Of a stretch of DNA of 64,000 bases, positions 63,563 through 64,000 are shown in pieces; the first letter of the stretch is position 1; each line of letters starts with the position of its first letter. This DNA comes from an uncultured Methanomassiliicoccales archaeon. GTDB lineage: Archaea; Thermoplasmatota; Thermoplasmata; Methanomassiliicoccales; UBA472. The stretch spans positions 555,818 to 619,817 of the forward strand of contig CAVQBH010000009.1 of NCBI GenBank assembly GCA_963710685.1, read 5' to 3'. Below the pieces are notes generated by a model. The model saw only the letters and a list, made by a program, of their open reading frames with translations, was not told where the DNA came from and did not search any database. The position numbers were made by a program, and so were the translations under genes.

Positions 63563-64000
63563 CGATGACTATCTGGACCAGTACGAGGTCACCGCCAAGT
63601 ACTATGATATTTGGTATGAGGACTCCAACGAGGACGTCGAGTTCCTGAAGCGCATGGCGGAACGTACCGGGGGTCCGATACTGGACTGCATGTGCGGCAC
63701 GGGCAGGACACTGCTCCCGCTGGCCAAGGAAGGGTACGAGATCTCCGGGTTCGACGCGTCGGAGGCGATGCTGGACAAGCTGACCGCGAAGATCGAGACA
63801 GCTGCCCGAGATCGATGCAGGAGAACGTCCACATCGGGCACGGGGACGTCCGGAACTTCGTGTGCAAGCAGAAGTTCAAGCTGGTCATCATCCCCTTCAA
63901 TGCGTTCCTGCACCTGCTGGAAACGGAGGAGCAGGAGGCGGCCCTGAAGAACGTGGCCGACCACATGGCGCCGGAGGGGCTGTTCATATTCAGCATATTC
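63507..64000 (+). CDS. class I SAM-dependent methyltransferase (partial, runs off window; one frame change)
   Basis: Motif I ILDCMCGTGR, then EISGFDASEAML. After a frame change near 63800 it continues ...VRNFVCKQKFKLVIIPFNAFLHLL.... Start uncertain. Confidence 0.6.

Overview
High-GC (about 60% by hand counts) archaeal chromosomal window. The gene content includes DNA gyrase, an HdrD-like CCG/Fe-S protein, deoxyhypusine synthase, an Lhr helicase, FlaI/FlaJ-type pilus genes, KaiC-like and DUF835 proteins, and TATA boxes 27-30 nt upstream of two tRNAs. This fits a euryarchaeon of the Thermoplasmata/Methanomassiliicoccales type, but that placement is inference only. Layout: 0-6.4 kb holds an HNH nuclease, a B12/radical-SAM enzyme, a GNAT, a hybrid receiver/PAS/GAF histidine kinase and two USPs. 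6.4-13.9 kb is a 7-gene Hyf/complex-I-like membrane operon whose 'hydrogenase large subunit' has lost all four [NiFe] cysteines. 14-25 kb holds an MFS transporter, an MgtA-type P-ATPase, a ferritin-like + HdrD-like pair, an IS110 element and the Lhr helicase. 25-33.7 kb is mostly housekeeping (FAH, RlmE, PurM, deoxyhypusine synthase, methyltransferases, a membrane histidine kinase), plus an uncharacterised 440-aa protein. 33.9-51.5 kb is the most unusual part. It contains a type-IV-pilus-like operon with one pilin-like gene, two paralogous FlaI-type ATPases and a platform protein split into two one-domain genes. That operon converges on a ~5.6-kb beta-helix/CARDB adhesin that ends in a TM helix plus cytoplasmic zinc ribbons. 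The whole region is bracketed by coiled-coil + KaiC-like modules with deviant Walker A motifs. 51.5-58.2 kb is gyrB-gyrA, each carrying an intein. 58.4-64 kb holds thiC, tRNA-Thr, a DUF835 protein, a zinc-ribbon/helical protein, an AP-endonuclease-2-family protein, an adenosine-kinase-family protein and a methyltransferase. Caveat: roughly 30 or more single-base frame disruptions occur, and those I inspected sit in G/C or A homopolymers. They hit even gyrA and thiC and are concentrated after 43.5 kb. Most are therefore probably consensus errors, and the coordinates of interrupted genes were reconstructed by eye. The ORF track also uses GTG/TTG starts, so several starts were re-chosen.
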